This document shows positions 1 to 12,142 of a DNA stretch of 52,008 nucleotides, in pieces. This DNA is from Reclinomonas americana ATCC 50394 (Eukaryota), in assembly GCA_048213135.1 (NCBI GenBank), contig PS015352.1, positions 1-52,008 on the forward strand, in the 5' to 3' direction. A model generated the notes under the pieces. It searched no databases. It was not told where the DNA came from and saw only the letters and a program-made list of their open reading frames with translations. How positions within the stretch are numbered: position 1 is the stretch's first letter; each line of letters begins with the position of its first letter. The position numbers and the translations under genes were made by a program.

Positions 1-459
1 TCGCGCGGTCCATCGCCGGTGGCAAGGTCTTGTTGTTTCGTTGCATTCGCTGCTATTTCTTGCCCACTCACTCTCTTCTCTGGCCTCACACAGACCACCA
101 CCGCCGTTGGCACACTGGACTACATGGACCCACTGCACATGCACTCGCGAAGCCCGCAGCCCGAAAGCGACGTATTCTCCATGGGCATTGTGCTCCTGCA
201 ACTGGTCACCGGCAAGGCGGTGAGCAGTGTGCGCGAGTGGTCAAGTGCGTGGGATCGGCAGCCTGCCTCTATCCACACAATGGAGCTGGTAGACGCCGGC
301 GAGGGCGTGGAATGGACGGCGCGCATCGCCGAGCCCATGTTCGAGCTCGGCATGCGATGCATGAGTTTGCGCCGGGACCGGCCGGTGGCGCAGGAGGTGC
401 TGGAGGTGATGCGGGCGGTGCGCGAGGCGTGTGGGCAGTTTACGTTGATTGTGGGATGA
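1..459 (+). CDS. Protein kinase, IRAK/Pelle/RLK-like, C-terminal part (5' truncated); exons <1-26, 94-459
   Basis: Splicing intron 27-93 (gtcttg...cacag) gives (L)ARSIAGGK|TTTAVGTLDYMDP...SDVFSMGIVLLQLVTGK...LGMRCMSLRRDRP, i.e. kinase subdomains VIII-XI with the GTxxYMDP and RC...RP signatures of RLK/Pelle kinases. Stop is TGA at 457-459. Confidence 0.85.
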   Translation, partial: SRGPSPVARSCCFVAFAAISCPLTLFSGLTQTTTAVGTLDYMDPLHMHSRSPQPESDVFSMGIVLLQLVTGKAVSSVREWSSAWDRQPASIHTMELVDAGEGVEWTARIAEPMFELGMRCMSLRRDRPVAQEVLEVMRAVREACGQFTLIVG

Positions 460-1074
460 GTTTATGCCGGCAAAGAGTGAGGTAGTGCTCTAGCCTGTTT
501 GTCTGTTTGTATTCAGAGGAACACTAAACTTGTTTCGTACATGTTGGGTCGATGGTGACCCTTTCCTTGAAGTTGGGCTGCTTTTGGAAGCAGGCTCTCT
601 TGTGATGCCAAACTTCTGGCGCTCACATTCTCGAGCTTTTTCGAGTTGTCTGTGCTCTTCTGGCTCGGTGCACGGGGTTTTCCATGTTGAAGGAGAGCGA
701 CAGCATGCTTGTACGGCGGACGCAAACTCCGCTGATACCCAGCGGCTTGTCTTCAGCCTCGTGAGCACTTCGATGGTGCGGTCAGTGTTGACGGGCAGCA
801 CGACTCTTTGTGCGGTGTCTCAGCGCCGCTTGTGCTGGTTCACCCAGTGCTTCAGATGTTCATGTCCGCCAGTATTATTCTCAACCCGTTTGTTTCTGCA
901 CAGTGTACATTTGCATGTTTTCTCCTCGCAAAACCATCAGCAACCTTGTGCCATCAACCGTGGACATCGCCTGCACTCTGCCGCAAGAGGCCTGACTGGA
1001 TATTGTCACATTGTTGCGAGAAGTGTCCCACAGCATTCACTCCTCGGCTCTCAGGCGCGCGCGCGCAGCGACAA

Positions 1075-2071
1075 ATGGGTTCATCATCATCGAAAGTGCG
1101 CTCTTGCACCTCCTTCCACACTGCTGTTGCTGCTGCTCATTCGCCTCACCGTGTTCGTGCAGGGGGTGTCGTCCTCAAAGGCACACGCGGTCGCAGTCGA
1201 ATCCGTCACCATCACTCCCGACAGCCGGCTCGTTGTGAGCGGCTGTGAGAACGGCACTCTGCGTGTGTGGTCGTTGGCGACTGGGGAGGATGTGCGACAA
1301 CTCGGGGAGCACGCCGAGGGAGTGACCTGTGCAGCTGTCACTCCCGATGGCCAGCACGTCGTCAGCGGGAGCTACGACGCAACGATACGAGTGTGGTCTC
1401 TGGCGAGTGGAGAGGAAGTGCGTCGGCTGGAGGGGCACACCAAGCCTGTGCTGTCTGTCGCGATCACTCCAGACGGCCATCACCTTGTCAGTGGCAGCGG
1501 AGACAACACCGTGCGTATCTGGTCTCTGGCGAGTGGAGAAGAAGTGCGACGACTGGAGGGACACGCCGACGGCGTGTACGCTGTTGCCGTAACCCCCGAT
1601 AGTCAGCACATTGTGAGTGGTAGCAACGGCATTCTGCGAGTGTGGTCCCTGGCGAGTGGCAAGGAGATACGACAGTTGGAGAGACACCGGGAATGGGTGT
1701 CGTCAGTCGCCATCACTCCCGACGGTCAGCACATCATTAGTGGGAGTAGTGAGAGCGTAGCACGAGTTTGGTCTCTGGAGAGTGGTGAGGAAGTGCGACG
1801 ACTGGAGGGGCACACCAAGAGTGTGAACTCTGTCGCCGTCACCCCCGACGGTCGGTACGTTGTGACTGGTAGCACCGACAATACAGTGCGTGTGTGGTTG
1901 CTGGCAAGTGGCCAGCAAGTGCGTCGCCTGAAGGGACACACAAAATGGGTGAGCTGTGTCGCCATCACTTCCGACGGACAGTACGTCGTGGGTGGTGGCA
2001 GGGACAAAACCGTGCGAGCGTGGTCTCTGGCGACGGGCAAGGCTGTGCACTGGGCCCAGGAGGCACATTAG
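1075..2071 (+). CDS. Seven-repeat WD40 protein with N-myristoylation motif; exons 1075-1095, 1163-2071
   Basis: MGSSSSK, then intron 1096-1162 (gtgcgc...gtgcag), then GVSSSKAH followed by 7 repeats of the GHxxxVxSVAVTPDGQHIVSGSxDxTVRVWSLASGEEVRRL type. Stop is TAG at 2069-2071. Confidence 0.88.
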
Positions 2072-2518
2072 GCGACGCAGCCAGCGTTTTTGAGAAAGCG
2101 GCAGGTCCGTGGTCGTCGGGAAGATCGCGCTTCAGTTTTTTGTTGTATTCTCACGTCTCCCATTTTCTGCAGCGCCGGCTGTGCTCGATGTGAGGTGTGC
2201 AGGCTGGCCGTGCTGTTGTACGATGACTTCGAGGGACAAGGTGGGGAGCGGTCAGGTTCTGTTGAAATTAAACGCGCGCTGTCTCTGTATGGTATAAAAA
2301 ATGTGCTCGGATAATATTCACTTGCCACCAAGCAGACCAATCATGTCACACCGTGCGCGTGCCCAGAACTCTTCTCCACGTTGAACGTCGCCTTGCCCTG
2401 AATGCATTGAGGGGACACAACACGAACGCAACAACGAAATACGACCGCAACGCATGCACAAGTCGACCCCACCTCGACACGTTCTTGACACGACACCCAT
2501 CGCAACGGCAGAGAGAGA

Positions 2519-4480
2519 ATGTCAGACACCGTGTACCAGCGCATGGGCGACCGCGACTCTGCTCCTCCCCCTCCCACAACCGGTTCGATCTGCGCATTCT
2601 TCTGTCTCTCTCACTCTCTCTTTCCCACCTCACTCCCCTTGCTGCCACAGCACACTGGATGTCCGCAGTGGCCGCCCGCACCGCCCCACCCTCCCGCTCC
2701 ACAGAACCCGCAGACGAGGAGATGCGTGCCGTGATGCGTGGCACACACCGCACGACCTGCATCCCGCACACGCGCGAGATCCAATCGTGGCACAACCTGA
2801 CCAGTTTCATTCTCAACATGCTGGTGCCTCCACGCACTCCGACCGCCGTCGAAGCCATGCAGCCGGAGGAGTACCGTGTGGACGGCCTGGAGCAGCGTCC
2901 GTCGGGCACGAGCGAGGTGGAATGGCTCACGCAGCGACTCATGCGCACGGGTGTGAAATTGACGGCGCGCGCCTATCGCAAGCCGCCTGCTGTTGCGTGC
3001 CCTTGTATCACGCATTGTCGTCATTGAGGAGGCACTGATTTGCTTTGGCGTAGGGAGTGATGACCGCACTGGCGAGACTGGACGAGGCCACGATGGTCGG
3101 TTTCTCGGCGACCGCCGCGCAGGGTCAGCAGCAAGCAACCGACACGATTCGCACTGGCATGGTGTGGCTCGCACGTTTCTATGTAGGGATGCAAATGGCA
3201 GTGCTGAACTCTTGACTGCAGATGTTCTGGTACGCCGACGGTGTGACGGTGCAGCTGCCGGAACATGGTTCGTGTGGATATCTTCTTCTGCCTTCTTTCC
3301 TTCAGCTTCCTCTTGTTGCAGTGGTTGTTGTTGTTGTTCGTCTTCTTGTTCTTCTCCTCCATCATCGTCTTCTTCTCCTCCTCCTCCTCCTCCTCTTTGT
3401 CTTCTTCGTTTTCTTCTTGCTGCTGCTGCTGCTGAGTCTTTTGCTGTTCATGTTGTTGATATTGCTCTTCTTCTTCGTTTCACTTTCTCACTCTCGCTTC
3501 CTTCTCCTCATTCTTCTTTTTCTCCTCCTCCTTATTCTCCTTCACTTCATCAAGTTCTTCCCTGCATCAACTTCTTCTTCCCTTCCTCCTCTTTCTCTTT
3601 CTTCTTCGGTTCCTTCTTGCTGCTGTTGCTGCCGTTGTTGTTATTGTCGTCGTCGTTGTCGTCGTCGTCGTCGTTGTTGTTGTTGTTGTTGTTGTTGTTC
3701 TTTTTCTTCTTCTTCTTCCTCTTCTCCTTTTCTACCATTCTCCTCTTCTCCTTTTCTCCCATTCTCCTCTTCCTCCACCTCCTCTCGTGCTCTGCTATCA
3801 CTTTCTCACTCTCTCCTCTCCTCCTCCTCCTCCTCCTCCTCCTCCTCCTCCTCTTTGTCTTTCTCTTGCTGCTGCCTCCTCCTCTTCTTCTCCTCCTCCT
3901 TCTTCTCCTCCTCCTTCTTCCTCCTTCCTTCCCCTTACCCTTCCCCTTACTCCTCCCTCCCTTCCCCCGTCCTGCCCCTCCCCGCAGTTCTCCGCCGGAT
4001 CGCCGAACACGCAATCGCCCAACGCGACGTCCACCGTCGCGACCGCTCCACACCCTCGTTCGTGATCTACGACCTGTCCAACTCGGCGCTGTGCCTCGAC
4101 ACGGGCGNNNNNNNNNNNNNNNNNNNNNNNNNNNNNNNNNNNNNNNNNNNNNNNNNNNNNNNNNNNNNNNNNNNNNNNNNNNNNNNNNNNNNNNNNNNNN
4201 NNNNNNNNNNNNNNNNNNNNNNNNNNNNNNNNNNNNNNNNNNNNNNNNNNNNNNNNNNNNNNNNNNNNNNNNNNNNNNNNNNNNNNNNNNNNNNNNNNNN
4301 NNNNNNNNNNNNNNNNNNNNNNNNNNNNNNNNNNNNNNNNNNNNNNNNNNNNNNNNNNNNNNNNNNNNNNNNNNNNNNNNNNNNNNNNNNNNNNNNNNNN
4401 NNNNNNNNNNNNNNNNNNNNNNNNNNNNNNNNNNTTTGCGCCTGGACGAGCTCACCGCCGACAGCATTGTGCGATACTGA
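2519..4480 (+). CDS. Hypothetical protein; exons 2519-2582, 2651-2991, 3054-3161, 3222-3267, 3988->gap, gap->4480
   Basis: Four GT-AG introns join in phase: MSDTVYQRMG...KPPA|GVMTALARLDE...TGM|MFWYADGVTVQLPEH|VLRRIAEHAIAQRD...LRLDELTADSIVRY*. No family recognised. Interrupted by the gap at 4108-4434. Confidence 0.65.
3268..3987 (+). repeat. Intronic trinucleotide microsatellite mosaic (CTT/CCT/GTT/GTC)
   Basis: Long runs of ctt, cct, gtt and gtc fill the predicted intron and generate spurious homopolymer ORFs. Confidence 0.9.
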
Positions 4481-4628
4481 TGTAAAGAGAGAAACAGGGT
4501 GGCCACTGTTCTTTTTCAATCTCCATCGCACTCATCAACATACAACACACCAAGAAGAGGGCCACCACCACCACGCATGTGCGTGCGCTAGAAAAAATAT
4601 CTGAAGAGAAAAAAAGAACGGAGCCCGC

Positions 4629-5655
4629 TCAGTACGTGTGGTCTCCCACAGGGCTCGCTCCTCGCGTCGAGCCCAGCGTATGATGCGACACCGACATGCT
4701 GCGCAGCAACGCACGACGCTGCACGGGAGGAGAAAGAGTGAGCACACAGCTCAATCACAGAGGCAATGACTCCACACTCACACACCTGTGCCTCGCGTTC
4801 CCACTCATCGCGCCATCGCAGCCTCTCGTCCTCCAATGAGCGCTCCAACGTCTCCAGGCGGTTCAACAGTCGCTGCGTCTTCTCTGCGCAGAGTGTGAGA
4901 AAGGGAGAGTGAAGAGGGAGAGAGAGAAGGAGAAGAAGAGAAAGGAGACAGAGAGAGAGAGAGAGAGAACGAGAAGGAGAAAGAGAATAGGAGGAGAGAG
5001 GGAGGAGGAGAGAGGGAGGAGAGAGGGAGGAGAGAGAGGAGAGAGAGAAGGGGAAACAGACAGACAGACAGACACACAGAGACACACAGACGCACACAGA
5101 GACACATAGACAAAGAGAGAGACTCAAAGAGACGCACACACACAGAAGGGCCCACTCTGAGAGAGTGAGAGAAGAGGGCCCGCAACACAGCAAAGAGGGT
5201 CCGGAGTGCGGAACAATCACACACACACACAGACACTCACCGCGTCCACTCTCCAGCTCAGCCTCAGCCGACTCCAGGTACTTGTGCAGGCGGTGGAAGG
5301 TCGTCTCGCGTTGCTTGTCAGTCTACACACACACAGCAAGTGAGCAAGAGAAAGAAGAGCGGAGACAAAAGAGTGAGAGTTGGGCCCGCGCACACCTGAC
5401 GAATGTACAAATCAGTGCGCGAGAACGCGTCCTTGGCCGAGGGCGACTGCGGGTTGTTCAGTGGCGATCCATACTGACGTTGCAAGCTGCACAGAGAGAG
5501 AGAGAGGACATAAAGAGAGAGTTAGTGAGACATGGCACGCGTTTTTCTTTGTGTCATGTGTGCGTGCGCAACTGCACTGGCGAGGCTGGTCGCGCCGACG
5601 AGCTCATGTCGATCGGCGGCGGCCGCGACGGCGTCTTGAAGTAATCAGAGTCCAT
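4629..5655 (-). CDS. Small hypothetical coiled-coil protein, 5 exons
   Basis: In-phase splicing gives MDSDYFKTPSRPPPIDMSSSARPASPVH|LQRQYGSP...YIRQ|TDKQRETTFHRLHKYLESAEAELESGR|EKTQRLLNRLETLERSLEDERLRWRDEWEREAQ|RRALLRS...DHTY*. Confidence 0.7.
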
Positions 5656-6306
5656 TGTGTGCGCGCTCCACAACACAACACAAAACAAAACAAAAACAAG
5701 CGGCTCGCGACAGGACAATCGATCATTTCATCGGCTTCTTGGCCATCCGCGCGATCTCGTTATCCCCTGCTTGCCCTTCCCCCAACCCTTCCCTCTTTCG
5801 TTATCCCCCCTCCTTTGTGAATCATGGCTGCGGCTGGAGAAAAGGTCACGGTGCTCGGTGAGTCATTGCCGCAAAAGATCTTCCTCACGCACACACACGC
5901 ACGCACTTGCTCTCTTGTTTGTTTTCCACACGATGCACGTGTGCGCGGTGGTGTCTGATGCAATGCCACGATCGCGCGGCATCGCTGCATCGTGCGTGGG
6001 CCAGGCGCGCGCGTGCCATGCTCGCATGGTGGTCATGTGATCGTCGCTTAACTCCTCTCTCTCCGCCCCCGCGCACACTCAACTCCTCGCACATCTCCCC
6101 CACCCTTGCCCTTTGTTTCCATCTCTGTGTGCCTCGCAGTCTCCTCTCGNNNNNNNNNNNNNNNNNNNNGCTTGCCCAATTTCATTCTACGTAAAAAGGT
6201 TGAAGAGAGAGACCCGTCCCAAAACCCTCTCACATCGACACAATTCCCGCGCCCGACCACACAAAAAGAGTAAAAAAGAAGAGAGATAAGAGAGAAGAGA
6301 AGAGGA

Positions 6307-6769
6307 TTATGCGTCGGTGTACTCGTACGTGAAGACGTTGCCGAACTCCTTGCGTGCCGCGTCCACAATCATCTTGCGATCGCGCACGATAACGTGCTTG
6401 CCCTTGGCGGCAATGCGTGACGCGACCGCCAGCGGCTGCGACTCCTCCACAATCGGCACAGGGCACAGTGGCTTGTAGGCCACATCCTCAAACACGTACT
6501 CGTCCTTGCCCTCGGCCAGCAGCTGCTCCGTCATAATGTCGGCGTGGTACTCGTTGTACTCGTCGGTCGCCACCATCAGCTTCGGGTCAATGCCCACCGA
6601 CTTGGCGTAGATGCCCAGAGCGCGGTTGTCGCGCGGGAAGCACGGGCCGCCAAAGCCGTAGCCCGGCAGGATGCACTTGCGGCCGACACGCGAGTCGGCG
6701 CCCACCGCCTTCAGCACGTCGAACTTGTTGGCGCCGGGTGTGCGATCGCAAATGTCACCAATCTGGTTG
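6307..6769 (-). CDS. UDP-glucose/GDP-mannose dehydrogenase family protein, last exon (5' part lost in gap)
   Basis: NQIGDICD...AVGADSRVG..ILPGYGFGGPCFPRDNRAL carries the catalytic Cys motif (GFGGxCFPxD), and VAYKP...EES matches the C-terminal UDP-binding domain. Acceptor ttccacag at 6770; stop TAA. Confidence 0.9.
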
Positions 6770-7385
6770 CTGTGGAAGGAGGGGAGGAATGGTGAGCCAC
6801 NNNNNNNNNNNNNNNNNNNNNNNNNNNNNNNNNNNNNNNNNNNNNNNNNNNNNNNNNNNNNNNNNNNNNNNNNNNNNNNNNNNNNNNNNNNNNNNNNNNN
6901 NNNNNNNNNNNNNNNNNNNNNNNNNNNNNNNNNNNNNNNNNNNNNNNNNNNNNNNNNNNNNNNNNNNNNNNNNNNNNNNNNNNNNNNNNNNNNNNNNNNN
7001 NNNNNNNNNNNNNNNNNNNNNNNNNNNNNNNNNNNNNNNNNNNNNNNNNNNNNNNNNNNNNNNNNNNNNNNNNNNNNNNNNNNNNNNNNNNNNNNNNNNN
7101 NNNNNNNNNNNNNNNNNNNNNNNNNNNNNNNNNNNNNNNNNNNNNNNNNNNNNNNNNNNNNNNNNNNNNNNNNNNNNNNNNNNNNNNNNNNNNNNNNNNN
7201 NNNNNNNNNNNNNNNNNNNNNNNNNNNNNNNNNNNNNNNNNNNNNNNNNNNNNNNNNNNNNNNNNNNNNNNNNNNNNNNNNNNNNNNNNNNNNNNNNNNN
7301 NNNNNNNNNNNNNNNNNNNNNNNNNNNNNNNNNNNNNNNNNNNNNNNNNNNNNNNNNNNNNNNNNNNNNNNNNNNNNNNNNNNNN

Positions 7386-7918
7386 ACGATGGCGGTGTGT
7401 ACAAGTTTGATCATTTGCTCAGCACCATGCCTGCGGATCACATGGCCACGATGTGAGTGGGGGTGGGGTGGAAGGGGGAAGGGGAAAGGGGGGAGAAGGG
7501 AGGGAGAAGGGGAAGGAGAGAGGGAGAAGGGGAAGGAGAGAGGAAAATAGAGAAGGAATAGGGAGAGCGAGAGAGAGAATGTGCCAGAAAATGAGAGAAT
7601 CGGGGACAGAGATGGAGAGAGAGCGAGAGAGAGAGAGAGGGAGCGAGAGAGAGAAAGCAGAGCGAGCGAGAGAGAGAGAGAAGAGCAGAGTAAGAGAGAC
7701 AAGGTGCCAGAAAATAAGAGTGCGATGCGGTGAGGCTGCGTGATTGAAAGAGAAAGAGAAAGAGATGTAAGCATGCTGACAGACAGAATACGTAAGAGTG
7801 CGACGCGGTGAAGCTGAGTGACTGAAAGAGAAAGAGTAGAGATGCAAACAGACCGGCAGACGGAGAATGGTCTGAGTGAGAGGGTGTGAGCCAGTGAGGC
7901 TTAAGAGAAAAGTATGAG

Positions 7919-7961
<43 letters not shown>

Positions 7962-9268
7962 GGAATGCAAAAGTTGAGAGCAGGAGCGGACAGAGAAAGG
8001 AAGATGTGAACCGGAAAGAAGGCATAGAGTGGTACGGAGAGTGAGTGTGAGAGAAAGAGAGAATGTGCGAGAGTGCCAGGTGCAGAGAGTGAGAATTGAC
8101 GGAGAGAAGAAAGACAGAATTGATATGGAGTGAGGGAGAGAACCAGATGGAAAGACGGAGAGACAGAGAAAAATTGATGGAGAAGCGCAGTGAATGGAAT
8201 GCTATGAAAGCGAGAGAGATGGGGGAAGAGTGGCCACATTATCTCACTCTTTTCCCTCCATGACAGGACCGACGTTGCCGGACTGGAGGCAGTGGCACCC
8301 GGCTTTGTGCGCCAGTCGGTGAATCTGGTGGGTCTGGGCATCGAGGGGCAGCTGAAGGAGGAGTTTGCCGATGTGTCATGGATGTACTTCCCGGAGGACG
8401 AGTACGTGTTCTACCGCGTGACGGTGATGAGCAACTTTGCGGCGTCTGTGGTGCCGAACTCGGATCTCTCCAAGTTGCGCCGCTGGGCGCAGACGGACAA
8501 TCAACACACTGTGGCTCACTCTCTCTCTCTGCCAACGCAGGTACTACTCGCTGATTGTGGAGGTGTCGGAGAGCACCACTCGACCGGCGCTCCCGGGTGG
8601 CGAGCTTGGCGTGCCGCCACGACCGGAGGATGTGACCGAGGCGGTGATTGCCGGCCTGCGACTGTGCGGTCTGCTGGAGGAACCGAGCAAGATTGTGTCG
8701 AGGTGGTACACGCGACTGAACTATGGCTACCCCGTGCCGTTCCTCAAGCGGTGAGCGCAAAGGGGAGAGAGGGGGAATGGAGGTGAAGAGAGAGGAGAGG
8801 AGAGGAGAGGAGGGAGTGGGAAAGGACAGCGTGTGGTGAGGGAAGAGATGGGGAGAGATGACAGGAGAGATGACAGAGGATGTCGTAACTGTGTGTGCGT
8901 GCATATATGAGTATTGAGGATAGATGGGAGTGAGCGGGTGTGAGAAACAGATTGCGCTGTGCGTGTGCATGTGAATGATGCGAGATGACAAAGATGGAGA
9001 GATAGAGAAAGACGGGAAACAGCGTGCATAGGATTTGCTGTGCTTGTGCAGTGCTGGGCTTCATGTCTTTACAGGACAGCTTGCGTGTTCTTTTGTCGAG
9101 AGAGAAAGAGAGAAGAAAAAGATAGCGCGACGGGCGAGACAGGGGAGACATGTGCTTTGCAGCGCGGGAAGAGTGGAAAGAGATGAGTAGAATGTGTACC
9201 CTGTTGTTCCGTGCCCTGCTGCTCTCTGTTCCTTGTGCGTCTCTCTGTCCTTCGTTCTCGCGCTCTTC

Positions 9269-9305
<37 letters not shown>

Positions 9306-9668
9306 GTCTTCCTTTCTCTCATTATCTCTCTGCCTCTTTTTCTTTCTTTCTTTACTTTTCAATCTTATTTCTCCCTCTCTTTCTCCCTCTTTCCCTCCCT
9401 TCCCTCTCTCCACTGCTTACTCACTTTCCTTGTCTGTGCTCACAGCGACGAACTGGTGAAGAAGGTCGACGACGCACTGCTGCCCTTTGGCATCCACTCC
9501 CGCGGCCGCTTCGGTGCGTGGAAGTACGAGGTGGCCAACCAGGACCACTCGTGCATGCAGGGCGTGGAGGCCATTGATGCGATGCTCTTTGGCACGGAGG
9601 AGACCACCTTCCGCTACCCCAATGTCGTCAATGCTGGCACTGGTGTCGGCCGTCGACCGTTTGTGTAA
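7386..9668 (+). CDS. Eukaryote-type UDP-galactopyranose mutase (GLF/UGM-like flavoprotein), C-terminal half; exons <7386-7452, 8267-8473, 8541-8750, 9446-9668
   Basis: Motifs LLSTMP, WMYFPED..VFYRVTVMSNFA, YSLIVEVSES, YGYPVP and SRGRFGAWKYEVANQDHSCMQGVEA match fungal/trypanosomatid UGMs. All introns are in phase. Confidence 0.88.
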
Positions 9669-10124
9669 GTCGGCTGTGCGCAGTGCGGTGTTTCTTTTCT
9701 TTTATTGTTTTGATTTTTTGGCGAGGTAGAGAGATGAGAGATTGTGAATGTGCGAATAAATGGAGCTTGTCAGCACTACGTTTCGCTCACGAGAGACGCA
9801 CGAAGACAGCAACCACAGATCGTGAGCGATGAGTCCTCGCGCTCCAGTAACCGACGATTGACACAGTTCTCGCGAGAGCTAACACTGCTGCTGCCCTCAA
9901 GACTGGCGTTCGTGTTGATGTTTTGGATATTGTTGGAAGTGGTCATCGTATCATTGGTGGTACCTGCCTGTCAACCCTGCCGATTATGCGAATCGTCACC
10001 ATGTCGCGCAGCTTTAACGCCTGCTTGCCGAGTTCATACGTAGCCAGACACCCTGCACCTGCATAGCCGAGCAAGTACTACAATTGCCCATTCACTGGCC
10101 GGTCATCATCACAGACTGCAGCTG

Positions 10125-12142
10125 CTACACGGCCACCTTGTTGGTGAACGGAATCTTCTCCTTGCCCAGCACCGCCTGGTCCATGTACTTGGAGAATTCG
10201 CCGACAGGGCCGGCAAAGCGACCCTTGCTGTTGGCCTTGGCCTGTCGACTGCTCACCTGCAACGACAGGTGCTCACCGTTGGAGGCCAGCTGCGGCGACG
10301 GTCGATACAATCTGCGGAACGAGAGAGAGAGATGAGCGCTTCTCACAGCGAGAGAGAGACAGAGAGTGCCACGACAACTCACGTTCCCGATCGCGACTTG
10401 CGCGTGTACTCGCCGGCGGCCTCGGCCAAACAATGCTTGCCCTGCGCCTCCATGGCATCTTTGGTGCCGTGCCACGACAGCTCCGTCGGCGGCGTCCTAA
10501 AGTACGTAATCTCCGCCTCGCGCAAATGCACTGGATTCCTCACCACCGCCTTGTACGCCACACTCGCGCGCTCACTCGCATCGGCCGAGCTGTCGGCACT
10601 CGGAGGAGGCTGCGGCATGCGATTGCGCGGCAAAAACGTCGTCGGCACCGGCATCTTATATCTCGGTTCGACCCACGCCTCCGCCGGCACCTCCTGCACT
10701 CCAGTGGCCGCCCACGAAAATGATCCGCGCACAGTTGCCTGTCTCTCGGTGCCCTTGGCGTTGACTGTGGGAGGGAATAGGGGAAGGGAGGATAAGTGAG
10801 GAAAGGAGTGAGTGGGGAAGGAGAAGGAGAGACCGAGTCACTAACTACTGAAAGAGCTGCAGAGCGCAGGAGAAGACGACTGACTGAGTGATGGAGGCAA
10901 AGAGCGCAACGAACAGTGGGTCAGCGAGGGAGAGAGGACGGGAGACAGCGTATGCAGGAGGCAGTGAGAGAGTGAGCAACTGAGTGACCAGCGGAGAGTC
11001 CGAGTCACGAACAACTGAAAGGGTTGCAGAGAGCAGGAGAAAACGACCGACAATGAGAGATGGAGCGAGTGCATGAGGCAGTGAGTGAGTAGGCGACTGA
11101 GTGAACGGCAAACGGTCCGAGTCAAGGACTCAGAGCTCAGGAGTCGACGACTGACCGGTGAGGGAGGAAAGGAGGCAGTGAATGCAGGAGGCAGTGAGCG
11201 GAGAGTCTGAGCCACGAATTACTGAAAGGGTTGCAGAGCGCATAAGAAGACGACTGACTGAGTGATGGAGGCAAAGAGTGCAAGGAACAGTGGGTCAGTG
11301 AGGGAGGGAGGCAGTGAATGCAGTGAATGCAGGAGGCAGTGATTGAGTGAGCAACTGAGTGACCGGCGGAGAGTCTGAGCCACGAACTGAAAGGGTTGCA
11401 GAGCGCAGGAGAAAATGACTGACTATGAGAGATGGAGTGAGTGCCGGAGGAAGTGAATGAGTGAACGACAGAGTGACTGGCAAAGGGTCCACGAACTGCT
11501 GAAAGGACTGCAGAGCGCAGGAGAAAACAACTGACAGAATGCGCAAGTGAATGAGTGAGTGCAAGGGACAGCGGGTCAGTGAGGGAGCGACGAGAGACCG
11601 ATCAGAGTCACCAACAACTGAAAGGTCCGCGGAGCGCATGAGAAGACGATTGACAAAGTGAGGTAGATAGGGAGTGAGTGTGTCTGCATTCCCTCCCTTC
11701 CCCCACCTCTCCCCTCTTTACCCCCTCCCTTCCCCCCTCTCCCTCCCTCTCTCTCTCGCGCGCAACTCTGCCGTTGTATTTCCGGCCGCAGATATCGAGT
11801 GCCTGTGCCACTGAACGCCGTCCTTTGTGTGGCAGAGGGCGACCCAGCGCGCGCCACCGGCGATGGCGCCACTCGCGAGGCCGCCAGAGTGCGCACACCT
11901 TTTCTCATTGAGAGAGGCGTTGTGATTAGAAAAAAACAAGCAGAGGCAATCAAGAGCGCCTTTTTTGTGTGTGTTGTTGTTTGCTGCTCACCTGCTCCTG
12001 TGCTTCCTGTGAGAACTCCTGTTGCTCCTCCTCCTCCTCCTCGGGTTGTTGTGCCTAGTCCACCAAGGCCGTTGCTGGTGGAGCTCTCCAATCGTGAGAG
12101 ATACTCAGCGCGAGAGACTGGTCGCGACTTCTTGACGCTCAT
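10125..12142 (-). CDS. Hypothetical protein; exons 12142-11992, 11898-11767, 10764-10383, 10311-10125
   Basis: All three introns are phase-consistent: MSVKKSRPVSRAEYLSRLE...|VRTLAASR...RQ|INAKGTERQATVRGSFSW...SGT|LYRPSP...KIPFTNKVAV*. No family recognised. Confidence 0.65.
10835..11660. repeat. Degenerate intronic minisatellite
   Basis: The core aactgaaagggttgcagagcgcaggagaa recurs about six times, near 10845, 11012, 11220, 11384, 11497 and 11616. Confidence 0.8.

Noticed and set aside
530-1074. N-terminal extension of the 513-aa WD40 ORF
   Set aside because: It depends on a non-ATG start and reads through intergenic and intron sequence; the spliced ATG-1075 model is better.
2072-2314. In-frame continuation after the WD40 TAG (possible readthrough, recoding or tail remnant GCARCEV...)
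   Set aside because: Similarity to the tail motif is too weak, and TAG, TAA and TGA all terminate genes normally elsewhere in the window.
2993-4604. Long ORFs of 300-500 aa with polyL/S/R/E
   Set aside because: They are translations of an intronic microsatellite plus an N gap.
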